A stretch of DNA of 64,000 nucleotides from an uncultured Clostridia bacterium (GTDB lineage: Bacteria; Bacillota; Clostridia; Oscillospirales; Ruminococcaceae), in the NCBI GenBank assembly GCA_947589185.1, contig CANQCK010000002.1, positions 60,925 to 124,924 on the forward strand, given 5' to 3'. This document shows, piece after piece, positions 1 through 9,912 of the stretch. Both the position numbers and the translations under genes were made by a program. Each line of letters opens with the position of its first letter. The stretch's first letter is position 1. A model generated the notes under the pieces. The model searched no databases. It was given only the letters and a program-made list of their open reading frames with translations, and was not told the origin of the DNA.

Positions 1-1
1 G

Positions 2-400
2 GAGGAATGTATTCCTCTGCTTGATACCGACCCTGAAAATGTTCGTGCAAAGGCGTTCGACTTGGTTTTAAACGGCACTGAACTTTCTTCCGGCTCTATG
101 AGAATTACAGATTTTGAATTACAGCAAAAGATGTTCGAGGCTCTCGGTATGACAGATGAAGAAATAGATGCTAAATTCGGATTTTTAGTTGACGCATACA
201 GATACGCTTCACCTCCTCACGGGGGAATGGGAATAGGTCTTGACAGGCTTGCTATGATTATGTGCGGAGCAGAGTCTCTGCGTGACGTAGTTGCATTTCC
301 AAAGGTGCAGAATGCAAGCGAGCTTATGAGTGCCTGCCCTGCTGAGGTCGATGAAAAGCAATTAGACGAGCTTCATATTAAAACAGTTACAGATGAGTAG
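2..400 (+). CDS. aspS: aspartate--tRNA ligase, C-terminal part (5-prime end upstream of window)
   Basis: Frame is open from the window edge. FDLVLNGTELSSGSMRI and PPHGGMGIGLDRL (class II aaRS motif 3 region) are typical of the AspRS C-terminus. Confidence 0.85.
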   Translation, partial: EECIPLLDTDPENVRAKAFDLVLNGTELSSGSMRITDFELQQKMFEALGMTDEEIDAKFGFLVDAYRYASPPHGGMGIGLDRLAMIMCGAESLRDVVAFPKVQNASELMSACPAEVDEKQLDELHIKTVTDE

Positions 401-408
401 GATATATA

Positions 409-434
409 AAAAGGCGTCGCTTTGCGACGCCTTT
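409..434. terminator. bidirectional intrinsic terminator
   Basis: Perfect hairpin GGCGTCGC-TTT-GCGACGCC (413-431) flanked by an A-run and a T-run, between convergent genes. Confidence 0.8.
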
Positions 435-439
435 AATTA

Positions 440-1063
440 TTACACTTCTCGCTTTTTATAAAACGCAATCGACAGTTTCCAAGAGAGAGCGTACAATGCA
501 ATTACAGCTAAACATACAATTGTGATAATACCGCTAAACGATATGATATGAATATAGCCATCAACCAGATATGCAGAAAAAACACCAACGCCTGCAAAAT
601 AAACAAAAATTATAACAATATACGCAATTCGTCCCTTTATCGCACCCAGCTTAAACATAAACGGAAGCGTTATTGAAGGCATCAAAAAGGATATTACCAA
701 CAGAGTTGCCATAAGAACTAAAAAATTATTCAGCACAAATATTCCGTCAATGTTCATTTTGACCGCTTGAATGACGCCGGATATAATAAACACTAAAATC
801 TGAGCAAACATACCTATAATGTATTTTACAGATACAATCTGCGACTTTTTATAAGGTAAAGCGTAACTATATTCATTCCATTTGCTCAGTTCATCATAGG
901 AAAGTAAGGTTACAGGAATTATACCCGAAATCAAACAAGGATAGAAAATAAAAAATACATTAGTTGTTACAAGTGAACCTGCAAGAATAAATGCAACGAA
1001 TAATAATTGCAATCTGCAATACTTTTTTATCATATATAAATCTTTTAAAAGCAATCCTTTCAA
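440..1063 (-). CDS. ABC-2 type transporter permease
   Basis: 207-aa polytopic membrane protein directly downstream of the ABC ATPase. TTG start with AAAGGAGG 9 nt upstream. Confidence 0.65.
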   Translation of the reverse strand: MKGLLLKDLYMIKKYCRLQLLFVAFILAGSLVTTNVFFIFYPCLISGIIPVTLLSYDELSKWNEYSYALPYKKSQIVSVKYIIGMFAQILVFIISGVIQAVKMNIDGIFVLNNFLVLMATLLVISFLMPSITLPFMFKLGAIKGRIAYIVIIFVYFAGVGVFSAYLVDGYIHIISFSGIITIVCLAVIALYALSWKLSIAFYKKREV

Positions 1064-1064
1064 C

Positions 1065-1907
1065 TTATTCTGCCTCCTTTACCATAAATATAAACAGTTC
1101 TTCAATGCTTATCGGACTTATTTTAATATTTGACGGAATATTATCACGCAATACTATCGCCTCAACTCCGTAAGGAGTTTCTTTTTTATGCTTGACTGCT
1201 TTTGAATCAAGCTCGCCCAACTGTTCTGCGGTACAGTGAATTATTCCGTATTCACCGAGCAGACGGTCTTTTTCCTCACACAACAGCAATTTGCCTTTGT
1301 GAAGAAACGCCACATAATCGCATAGCTTTTCAAGATCGCTGACAATATGAGATGAAATGAGAATAGAATGGTTTTCATCTCTTGTAAACTCGCTTAACAT
1401 CTCAACTACTTCGTCTCTCACAACAGGGTCAAGACCGCTCGTTGCCTCGTCAAGCAATAACAGCTTACTCTCGTGAGACATTGCTATCGCTATGCCGAGC
1501 TTCATCTTCATACCTCTAGAGAAGTCTTTAAACGGCTTTTCAGCAGGAACGGACAATTTTTTTAGATAGTTTTCGTATTCTTCATCATTCCAATTACGAA
1601 AAGTATAACTCATAATTTCCCCGACTTGCTTTGCATTCAAACATTCAGGTATTCCGACCTCGTCCATTACAATGCCGATTTCCTCTTTTGTCAGATTAAT
1701 ATTTTCCTGATTATCTCTTCCGAGAATTTTTATAGTTCCGCTGTCTTTGTGAAGCATATCTAAAATCAGTTTGATTGCAGTACTCTTTCCTGCTCCGTTT
1801 TCTCCAATCAAGCCCATAATGCACCCGCTCGGCAGTGTTAGACTCAAATTATCCAGCTTAAAGCCGGGAAAAGATTTCGACAGGTTTTTTATTTCAAGTG
1901 CGTTCAT
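1065..1907 (-). CDS. ABC transporter ATP-binding protein
   Basis: Walker A GENGAGKST, signature-like SRGMKMKL, Walker B LLLLDEATSGLD. Confidence 0.9.
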   Translation of the reverse strand: MNALEIKNLSKSFPGFKLDNLSLTLPSGCIMGLIGENGAGKSTAIKLILDMLHKDSGTIKILGRDNQENINLTKEEIGIVMDEVGIPECLNAKQVGEIMSYTFRNWNDEEYENYLKKLSVPAEKPFKDFSRGMKMKLGIAIAMSHESKLLLLDEATSGLDPVVRDEVVEMLSEFTRDENHSILISSHIVSDLEKLCDYVAFLHKGKLLLCEEKDRLLGEYGIIHCTAEQLGELDSKAVKHKKETPYGVEAIVLRDNIPSNIKISPISIEELFIFMVKEAE

Positions 1908-2281
1908 TATAAATCCTCCAGATTAAATTTAATCATTTCAATTATATCCTCTTTGCTCAAATTGCACGAAGCTGATAGCTTTATTATCTGCTCTATATGT
2001 TCCTCAATCTTTTTCAGATTTTCCTCTCTAAGCAGTTCCACATTCTTTGGTGCAACAAAACAGCCCTTTGCCTGAATAGTATAAATAAAGCCTTCCTTTT
2101 CAAGCTCATCGTATGCCCGTTTTGTAGTAATAAAGCTGATTCTCAAATCCTTTGCCAAACCCCGAATAGACGGAAGCATTTCGTTTTCCTTTAAATCTCC
2201 GCTTATTATCTGACTTTTAATCTGAGAATATATCTGGTCGTAAATCGGAGCACCGCTTTTATTATCGATAAATATGTTCAC
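1907..2281 (-). CDS. GntR family transcriptional regulator (YtrA-like, short)
   Basis: 124-aa winged-HTH protein (LPSIRGLAKDLRISFITTKRAYDELEKEG). GTG start with AAGGAGG upstream. First gene of the regulator-ATPase-permease operon. Confidence 0.85.
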   Translation of the reverse strand: MNIFIDNKSGAPIYDQIYSQIKSQIISGDLKENEMLPSIRGLAKDLRISFITTKRAYDELEKEGFIYTIQAKGCFVAPKNVELLREENLKKIEEHIEQIIKLSASCNLSKEDIIEMIKFNLEDL

Positions 2282-2365
2282 ACCATCACCTCCTTTTTAA
2301 CTGTATATATGTATTATATACAGTTTATACAGTTTTGTCAATAGTTTTGAAAAAATTTCTGCAAC

Positions 2366-2394
2366 AAAAAAAGACCGACATTTTACTGTCAGCC
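2366..2394 (-). terminator. groESL intrinsic terminator
   Basis: Minus-strand RNA GGCUGACA-GUAAAA-UGUCGGUC followed by U7. It lies about 170 nt after the groEL stop. Confidence 0.7.
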
Positions 2395-2532
2395 TTTTCA
2401 TTTATAATTTTTCATCTAACTTCTAACCTATTGACTCTAGTTTCAGAAAGCCACCGTCTTGAAGTCAAACTCTATTGTACCTAACTACTAGCCCGCCGTC
2501 GTGCAAACTATAACATTTAACAAACTATACAA

Positions 2533-2562
2533 AGGCGGCAGAGGATCCAACGTCACCGTTGC
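2533..2562 (-). repeat. GNRA-hairpin motif copy A (GCAACG-GTGA-CGTTG + GATCCTCTGCCGCCT), immediately after the groEL stop
   Basis: Core shared with 6908-6937, 40039-40058 and 40394-40412. Confidence 0.7.
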
Positions 2563-4209
<1,647 letters not shown>

Positions 4210-4247
4210 TTATTATATGTTTATTTTTTTCAGAATTTTAAGTGCGG

Positions 4248-4532
<285 letters not shown>

Positions 4533-4569
4533 TTAATTATTTATTGATATTATTAAACTTAATGTCGTT

Positions 4570-4596
4570 TTAGCACTCTCGCTTTCCGAGTGCTAA
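4570..4596 (-). promoter_or_regulatory. CIRCE operator (HrcA binding site)
   Basis: TTAGCACTC-N9-GAGTGCTAA, a perfect match to the CIRCE consensus, upstream of groES. Confidence 0.9.
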
Positions 4597-4600
4597 ATAT

Positions 4601-4628
4601 ATTTTACCATTAATTTTTTAATAATCAA
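4601..4628 (-). promoter_or_regulatory. putative sigmaA promoter of groESL
   Basis: Minus strand TTGATT-16 nt-TAAAAT placed just upstream of CIRCE. Confidence 0.45.
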
Positions 4629-5015
4629 GAGCAAATCGTAAACTTTTTATATTTTTGTAATATTATACAAATTTTCTTAACATATTACTTGATAATAGTA
4701 ATTATTATACAAGCAAGTTTAGCGAAAATTTTTTCTTCATTAATCCAAAACAAACGTCTTTTTTCTGTATAAATTGCTGTATCTTTGTGAATAAATATGC
4801 AATAAAATCTTTCAATATTATAAAGTTTACATATAATACATATTTAGTCAAAATAATATTCACTTTTAAAAGTTGTGAATTTGTTATAATTAATGTGTTA
4901 AATTTATTATTTATTTTTTAACTGTTTATTTTTAATAGTTAATTTATTCACCAAATTATGTATGAATAATCATTGATTTACAAATCAATAACAAATTAGG
5001 TAGTATAAAATGTGA

Positions 5016-5056
5016 AGGGAGGAAATGCTTCTCACGGAGCATAAATATTAATTATG
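5016..5056 (+). promoter_or_regulatory. SD-hairpin-AUG cassette, instance 1
   Basis: AGGGAGGAA-AUGCUUC(UCAC)GGAGCAU-AAAUAUUAAUU-AUG. There is no SD close to the ATG at 5054. Confidence 0.55.
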
Positions 5057-5749
5057 TCACTGGGAAAGGTATTAGTCGTTGATGACGACAAGAACATTTG
5101 CGAATTACTCAGACTTTATCTTGAAAAAGAAGGCTATAATGCAATCATTTCACATGACGGCGAAGAAGCTGTTGTTAAATTCAACGCTCTGAAGCCGGAT
5201 ATTATACTTCTTGATATAATGCTACCGGGTCTTGACGGATGGCAGGTTTGCCGTGAAATCAGAAAAAAATCAAACGTGCCTATCATAATGATTACTGCAA
5301 AGGGCGAAACGTTTGATAAGGTATTGGGATTAGAACTCGGTGCTGACGACTATGTTGTTAAACCGTTCGACGCTAAAGAAGTTATTGCAAGAATTAAAGC
5401 GGTTTACAGAAGAGTAGGTCAGACGTCTACCAAGTCAGAGATCAAAGAGGTCAAATATGATAAGCTGACTGTAAATATGACAAGATACGAATTGAAAGTA
5501 AACGGCGTTATTCTCGATACGCCGCCGAAAGAATTGGAACTTCTTTTCCACCTTGCGTCAAATCCCAACAGGGTATATACCCGTGACCAGCTTCTTGACG
5601 AGGTCTGGGGATTTGAATACTACGGCGATTCAAGAACTATTGACGTTCACGTTAAACGGCTTCGTGAAAAGCTTGAAGGCGTTTCTGACAAGTGGGAATT
5701 AAAAACAGTCTGGGGCGTTGGATATAAGTTTGAAGTTGATGAGGATTAA
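5054..5749 (+). CDS. OmpR-family response regulator
   Basis: Receiver domain (VVDDD..LLDIMLPGLDG) plus a winged-helix C-terminus (TVWGVGYKF). Confidence 0.9.
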   Translation: MSLGKVLVVDDDKNICELLRLYLEKEGYNAIISHDGEEAVVKFNALKPDIILLDIMLPGLDGWQVCREIRKKSNVPIIMITAKGETFDKVLGLELGADDYVVKPFDAKEVIARIKAVYRRVGQTSTKSEIKEVKYDKLTVNMTRYELKVNGVILDTPPKELELLFHLASNPNRVYTRDQLLDEVWGFEYYGDSRTIDVHVKRLREKLEGVSDKWELKTVWGVGYKFEVDED

Positions 5750-6792
5750 TGATTAAAACTCACAGTTTGTTTAAAAAATACTTTTTGATATTAACAGCAG
5801 TAATACTCTCGATCGCAGTTGCCGTTTCGGGAGTGTCACTGCTTGTTTTGTCAAAGTCTGTTTTTGATAAAAGTAAATATATCACTCTGATAAGCGTCAT
5901 AATCTTGAGTGTAACGGTGATTTTTGCAATCGCTGTAGTATTATATTTTATGTATAAACGAACTTCAAGAACACTGTTTAATATGAAAGAACTTGCTGAT
6001 AATATAAAAAACGGGAATTTTTCAGAAAAGCTTTCTTTTTCGGAAATTACAGAGCTTTTGCCGTTGGAAAATGCACTAAACGATTTATCAGAGGCGGTAA
6101 GAAAAAACAATGAAATAAAAAATCAGTTTGTATCAAACGTCTCTCACGAACTGAGAACGCCCCTTACATCGATAAGCGGCTTTGTTGACGGAATCATCGA
6201 CGGCACGATACCCCCAGAACAACAGCCTCATTACTTAGAACTCATTTCCGAAGAGCTTAAAAGGCTGACCAGACTGACCAAGCTTCTTCTAAATTTAGAG
6301 CAGTTGGAATCAGGTTCGATCAAGCCTGTTATGACGAACTTAAATATTATAAGCGTCGCCGTTGATATACTTAATACCTTTCAAAATAAAATAAGTGAAA
6401 AGGGTCTTGAAATACTCGGTTTGAACACAAACTGTGCAACAGTCTTTGCTGATAAAGATATGATTTATCAGGTAATGTATAATCTTATCGAAAATGCTGT
6501 TAAGTTTGCACCGCAGAACGGATATATCGAATTTACATTTCGTGAATATGAAAACTATAACTATATTTCTGTTAAAAACAACGGCGAAGGTCTTTCTGAA
6601 AGCGAAAAGGAAAAGGTGTTCAGTCGTTTCTACAGAACAGACTCATCTCGGGCAAATGATACTACAGGTGCAGGACTAGGTCTTAATATCGTACAATCTA
6701 TTTTATCAATTCATAACGGAATGATCAGCGTCGACAGCATTAAAGGAGAATATACACAGTTTACGTTTTTAATCCCCAAATCGAGTATTTGA
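5749..6792 (+). CDS. sensor histidine kinase
   Basis: Two TM segments plus a HAMP-like region, H-box SHELRTPLTSI, and an N/G-box HATPase domain. ATGA overlap with the response regulator. Confidence 0.9.
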   Translation: MIKTHSLFKKYFLILTAVILSIAVAVSGVSLLVLSKSVFDKSKYITLISVIILSVTVIFAIAVVLYFMYKRTSRTLFNMKELADNIKNGNFSEKLSFSEITELLPLENALNDLSEAVRKNNEIKNQFVSNVSHELRTPLTSISGFVDGIIDGTIPPEQQPHYLELISEELKRLTRLTKLLLNLEQLESGSIKPVMTNLNIISVAVDILNTFQNKISEKGLEILGLNTNCATVFADKDMIYQVMYNLIENAVKFAPQNGYIEFTFREYENYNYISVKNNGEGLSESEKEKVFSRFYRTDSSRANDTTGAGLGLNIVQSILSIHNGMISVDSIKGEYTQFTFLIPKSSI

Positions 6793-6907
6793 ATTTCTTT
6801 TTTAGTTTTTTAGGCAGACGCTGAACTCTTGTATAAACCTTCTTGCCTCTTGCATCTTGTTACTAACCTGCCGTTTATCAAAGTTACACATTAAGTAAAC
6901 TTATAAT

Positions 6908-6937
6908 AGGCAGCAGAGGATGCAACGTCACCGTTGC
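6908..6937 (-). repeat. GNRA-hairpin motif copy B
   Basis: Minus strand GCAACGGTGACGTTGCATCCTCTGCTGCCT, preceded on that strand by the tRNA-3-prime-like ATTCCCGGCGAGCCGCCGGA. Confidence 0.7.
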
Positions 6938-7221
6938 CTCCGGCGGCTCGCCGGGAATAGTTTATTTGTACAATAATTTGCGATTTTTATGTGCAAATTA
7001 CCTGAAATTTTTCAAACTAAATATTAACAATTTTTGAACAAACAGAGTGTAAAAGTATGCTTTTCGCTGTTGTTTAGTTGAAAACTCTGTTGAAAGTGTT
7101 AGTAACTCCCTATTTTAGGCATTGTTTTAAACAGCAACTTTTAAAGTTTTCAACAATTGTACGAAAAACGACACTTTTAATCATTATTCAAAAAAAGCGT
7201 CAAAAAATGTCAGAAAACAAT

Positions 7222-7259
7222 AAAAAAACCTGAAAGCCGATAATGCTTGACTTTCAGGT
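7222..7259 (-). terminator. rnf operon intrinsic terminator
   Basis: ACCTGAAAG / CTTTCAGGT 9-bp stem with an adjacent U-run on the minus strand, just after the rnfB stop. Confidence 0.75.
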
Positions 7260-7264
7260 TTATT

Positions 7265-8053
7265 TTATTTCTTTAATCTGATTACTCCCAATTTGCAGGC
7301 TTCCGCACACCTTCCGCAGTTTATACACTTATCATAATCTATACTTGCAAAATTATTTTCAACCTTCATAGCACCCGATGGACACGCCTTTTCGCACAAT
7401 TTACAACCTACACAGCCGTATTTACACAGCTTTCTTGTAATTTTCCCCAAAGCATTGCTTCGGCACACAACATCGGTTCGCTGGTTTTTTCGCCTGAGGG
7501 AAATAAGCCCTTTCGGGCAAGCCTTAACGCAAAGACCGCACCCCTCGCAAAGGTCTTCATCAACAAAGGCAACGCCGTTGCAAACCGTTATTGCCCCTTT
7601 AGAACAAACCGATATACAGTCGCCTAGACCCAGACACCCGTTTTCGCACTGCTTTGTACCGCTGTAAAATCTGTTTGCCGCCGCACAAGAACTAATACCG
7701 CCAAACTCATACTTTGACGGAGCGGCGTCGCAGTTACCCCTGCAATGAACAAAGGCTGAAACAGGCTGAATATCTCCTGCCTCCTTGCCCATAATAACGC
7801 TTATCTTGTTTGCTGTTTCTTCGCCGCCCGGATTGCATTTATTTATTTCCGCACCGTGATTTACAATAGCGTCTGCATAGTCGTTACAGCCTGAAAACCC
7901 ACAGGCTCCGCAGTTTACCTGAGGCAGAGCGTTCTGAACAGCTTCCAGTTTTTCATCTGTTTTGACTGCAAAAATCTTTGATATTACGGTCAGCAGTATT
8001 CCTGCCAATAAGCCCAGACCCGCAAAAATCAGCAATGGTAAAATATAGTTCAT
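7265..8053 (-). CDS. rnfB: Rnf complex subunit B (polyferredoxin)
   Basis: N-terminal TM segment and multiple CxxCxxCxxxCP 4Fe-4S motifs. Last gene of the rnf operon. The ORF track starts at 8080, but that ATG sits 1-2 nt after the SD inside the cassette hairpin, so I prefer ATG 8053. Confidence 0.85.
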   Translation of the reverse strand: MNYILPLLIFAGLGLLAGILLTVISKIFAVKTDEKLEAVQNALPQVNCGACGFSGCNDYADAIVNHGAEINKCNPGGEETANKISVIMGKEAGDIQPVSAFVHCRGNCDAAPSKYEFGGISSCAAANRFYSGTKQCENGCLGLGDCISVCSKGAITVCNGVAFVDEDLCEGCGLCVKACPKGLISLRRKNQRTDVVCRSNALGKITRKLCKYGCVGCKLCEKACPSGAMKVENNFASIDYDKCINCGRCAEACKLGVIRLKK

Positions 8054-8090
8054 AATTATGTATGCCTCAGTTAAGAGCATATCTCCTTTC
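8051..8090 (-). promoter_or_regulatory. SD-hairpin-AUG cassette, instance 5
   Basis: Minus strand GAAAGGAGAU-AUGCUC(UUAACU)GAGGCAU-ACAUAAUU-AUG. Confidence 0.5.
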
Positions 8091-8094
8091 CTGA

Positions 8095-8676
8095 TTATCC
8101 AAATAAGCCTCCGAATCCCATAAAGCTAAGTGCCACTATCGACGCCGCTATCAGTGTAGACGGCACTCCCTTAAACGTTTCGGGTATTCCAGTCGCTGCA
8201 TCTATTCTCGAACGCACCCCCGAGAAAAGCAAAATTGCAACTGTAAATCCAATACCTGTTCCCAAAGCGTTCGTAATCGACTGAATAAAGGTATATTCTT
8301 CATCAATGTTTGTTATAGTGACTCCGAGTACAGCACAGTTGGTAGTTATAAGAGGCAGATAAACGCCAAGTGCCTTATACAAAGGCGGCATAGTCTTTTT
8401 TAAAACTATTTCGACAAGCTGCACAAACATTGCAATAAGAAGAATAAAAGCAACAGTTTTCAGATATTCAATTCCAAGAGGAATAAGAATAAATTTATAC
8501 ACAGGATATGTAACGGCAGTTGCACAAAGCATAACGAATATAACAGCCATACCCATTCCCAGACTGTTTTTTATTACCTTTGAAACTCCGAGAAAAGAGC
8601 AGATTCCCATAAACTGAGACAGCACAATATTATTGACCAACACCGCCGACACCATAATAATTATCAGCTTCAGCAT
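8095..8676 (-). CDS. rnfA: Rnf complex subunit A
   Basis: 193-aa membrane protein. VLVNNIVLSQFMGICSFLGVSK and PLITTNCAVLG match the RnfA family. Confidence 0.9.
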   Translation of the reverse strand: MLKLIIIMVSAVLVNNIVLSQFMGICSFLGVSKVIKNSLGMGMAVIFVMLCATAVTYPVYKFILIPLGIEYLKTVAFILLIAMFVQLVEIVLKKTMPPLYKALGVYLPLITTNCAVLGVTITNIDEEYTFIQSITNALGTGIGFTVAILLFSGVRSRIDAATGIPETFKGVPSTLIAASIVALSFMGFGGLFG

Positions 8677-9344
8677 TACTCACAGCCCCCTTTCTCAGAT
8701 TTCAGGGAGCAGGCTTGAGAATTCGGACATCCTGCACAGCCGATTTCCTTTGGCGGTTTTTTCTTTTTCAGCTTATTTACAACAGCTATAATTACGCCCA
8801 GCGTAAAAAAACCTCCTGCCGGCATAATGAACACATTCATAGGGTTTTGTGAAATAAACGGTATGCTTATTCCGAATATTGAGCCTGTGCCGATAATCTC
8901 ACGAACAGCTCCCATAAGGAATAATGCCAAAGTAAATCCTAGACCCATTCCGAGACCGTCCAGAACAGACGGCAGAAGTTTATTCTTTGAGGCAAAAACC
9001 TCAGCCCGCCCGAGTATTATGCAGTTTACCGTTATAAGCGAAAGAAAAATTCCCAGACTGTCATAAAGATCAGGCAAATAACCCTTTAAAAGAAATTCTA
9101 TCAAGGTAACAAATCCTGCTATTATTACTATATAACAAGGCAGTCTGACTGCATCAGGTATAACCTTTTTGAGAAGTGAAATAACAAAATTAGAACCGAC
9201 AAGCACAAATGTAGTTGCAAGTCCCATTCCTATTCCGTTTGAAGCCATTGTAGTTACAGCCAATGCGGGACACATTCCAAGCAAGGTGACAAGCACAGGG
9301 TTTTCTTTAATAAAGCCCTTTGTAAGGTCTTTAAAATTACTCAC
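8676..9344 (-). CDS. rnfE: Rnf complex subunit E
   Basis: 222-aa membrane paralog of RnfA (LLGMCPALAVT, ITVNCIILGRAE). GTG start with AGGAGG 9 nt upstream. Confidence 0.88.
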   Translation of the reverse strand: MSNFKDLTKGFIKENPVLVTLLGMCPALAVTTMASNGIGMGLATTFVLVGSNFVISLLKKVIPDAVRLPCYIVIIAGFVTLIEFLLKGYLPDLYDSLGIFLSLITVNCIILGRAEVFASKNKLLPSVLDGLGMGLGFTLALFLMGAVREIIGTGSIFGISIPFISQNPMNVFIMPAGGFFTLGVIIAVVNKLKKKKPPKEIGCAGCPNSQACSLKSEKGGCE

Positions 9345-9909
9345 TTAAAATCGCCTCCTTGTTATCGCTGTAAACTTCAAGTGCAGTTTTTATAGCGTCT
9401 CTCATTCCCTTAGAAGAATAGGTAGCCCCTGTAACATTATCTACTTTATCAAAATCATCACTTGCGGTAAAGCCTTTGAATTTATCACTGAATATTGACT
9501 TTTGATCACGCAGCTTTGTTCCGAGACCCGGAGTTTCGCCGCAGCTGATAAATTCAGTACCGGCAAGTTCTCCGTTTTGATCTATACCAACCAGAATATG
9601 TATTCCGCCCTTTGAATAGCCGTCTGTTGTAACTTCAATCAGACAGTTCTCCTTATTTTCGCTGAGAATGATCGAGTTTACCTTTTCATTGCCGAAGGTC
9701 AGCGGCTTTTTTTCGGTTTTTGAGCTGTCAAGCAGAATCTTATATTCGCCGCCGGAATTGGGAAAAATTGCTTCGCAGCCTGCTTTTAAGTCGTCTGTCA
9801 TAACGCCTGTTGTATCTTTGTATGTAAGCTTATATGTGAAAACTAAAAGACCGCACACAACAATGCAGATAATCATTAGTGCCAGCGGAGGAAAAATGTA
9901 CTTTTTCAT
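9337..9909 (-). CDS. rnfG: Rnf complex subunit G (FMN-binding)
   Basis: Single N-terminal TM segment and the FMN attachment motif TGATYSS. Confidence 0.88.
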   Translation of the reverse strand: MKKYIFPPLALMIICIVVCGLLVFTYKLTYKDTTGVMTDDLKAGCEAIFPNSGGEYKILLDSSKTEKKPLTFGNEKVNSIILSENKENCLIEVTTDGYSKGGIHILVGIDQNGELAGTEFISCGETPGLGTKLRDQKSIFSDKFKGFTASDDFDKVDNVTGATYSSKGMRDAIKTALEVYSDNKEAILSE

Positions 9910-9912
9910 AAC

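Noticed and set aside
4597-5015. 420-bp very AT-rich spacer between groES and the two-component system, examined for repeats, small ORFs and RNA motifs
   Set aside because: Only generic AT-rich promoter-like sequence is visible. There is no repeat, no SD-led ORF and no terminator-bounded unit.
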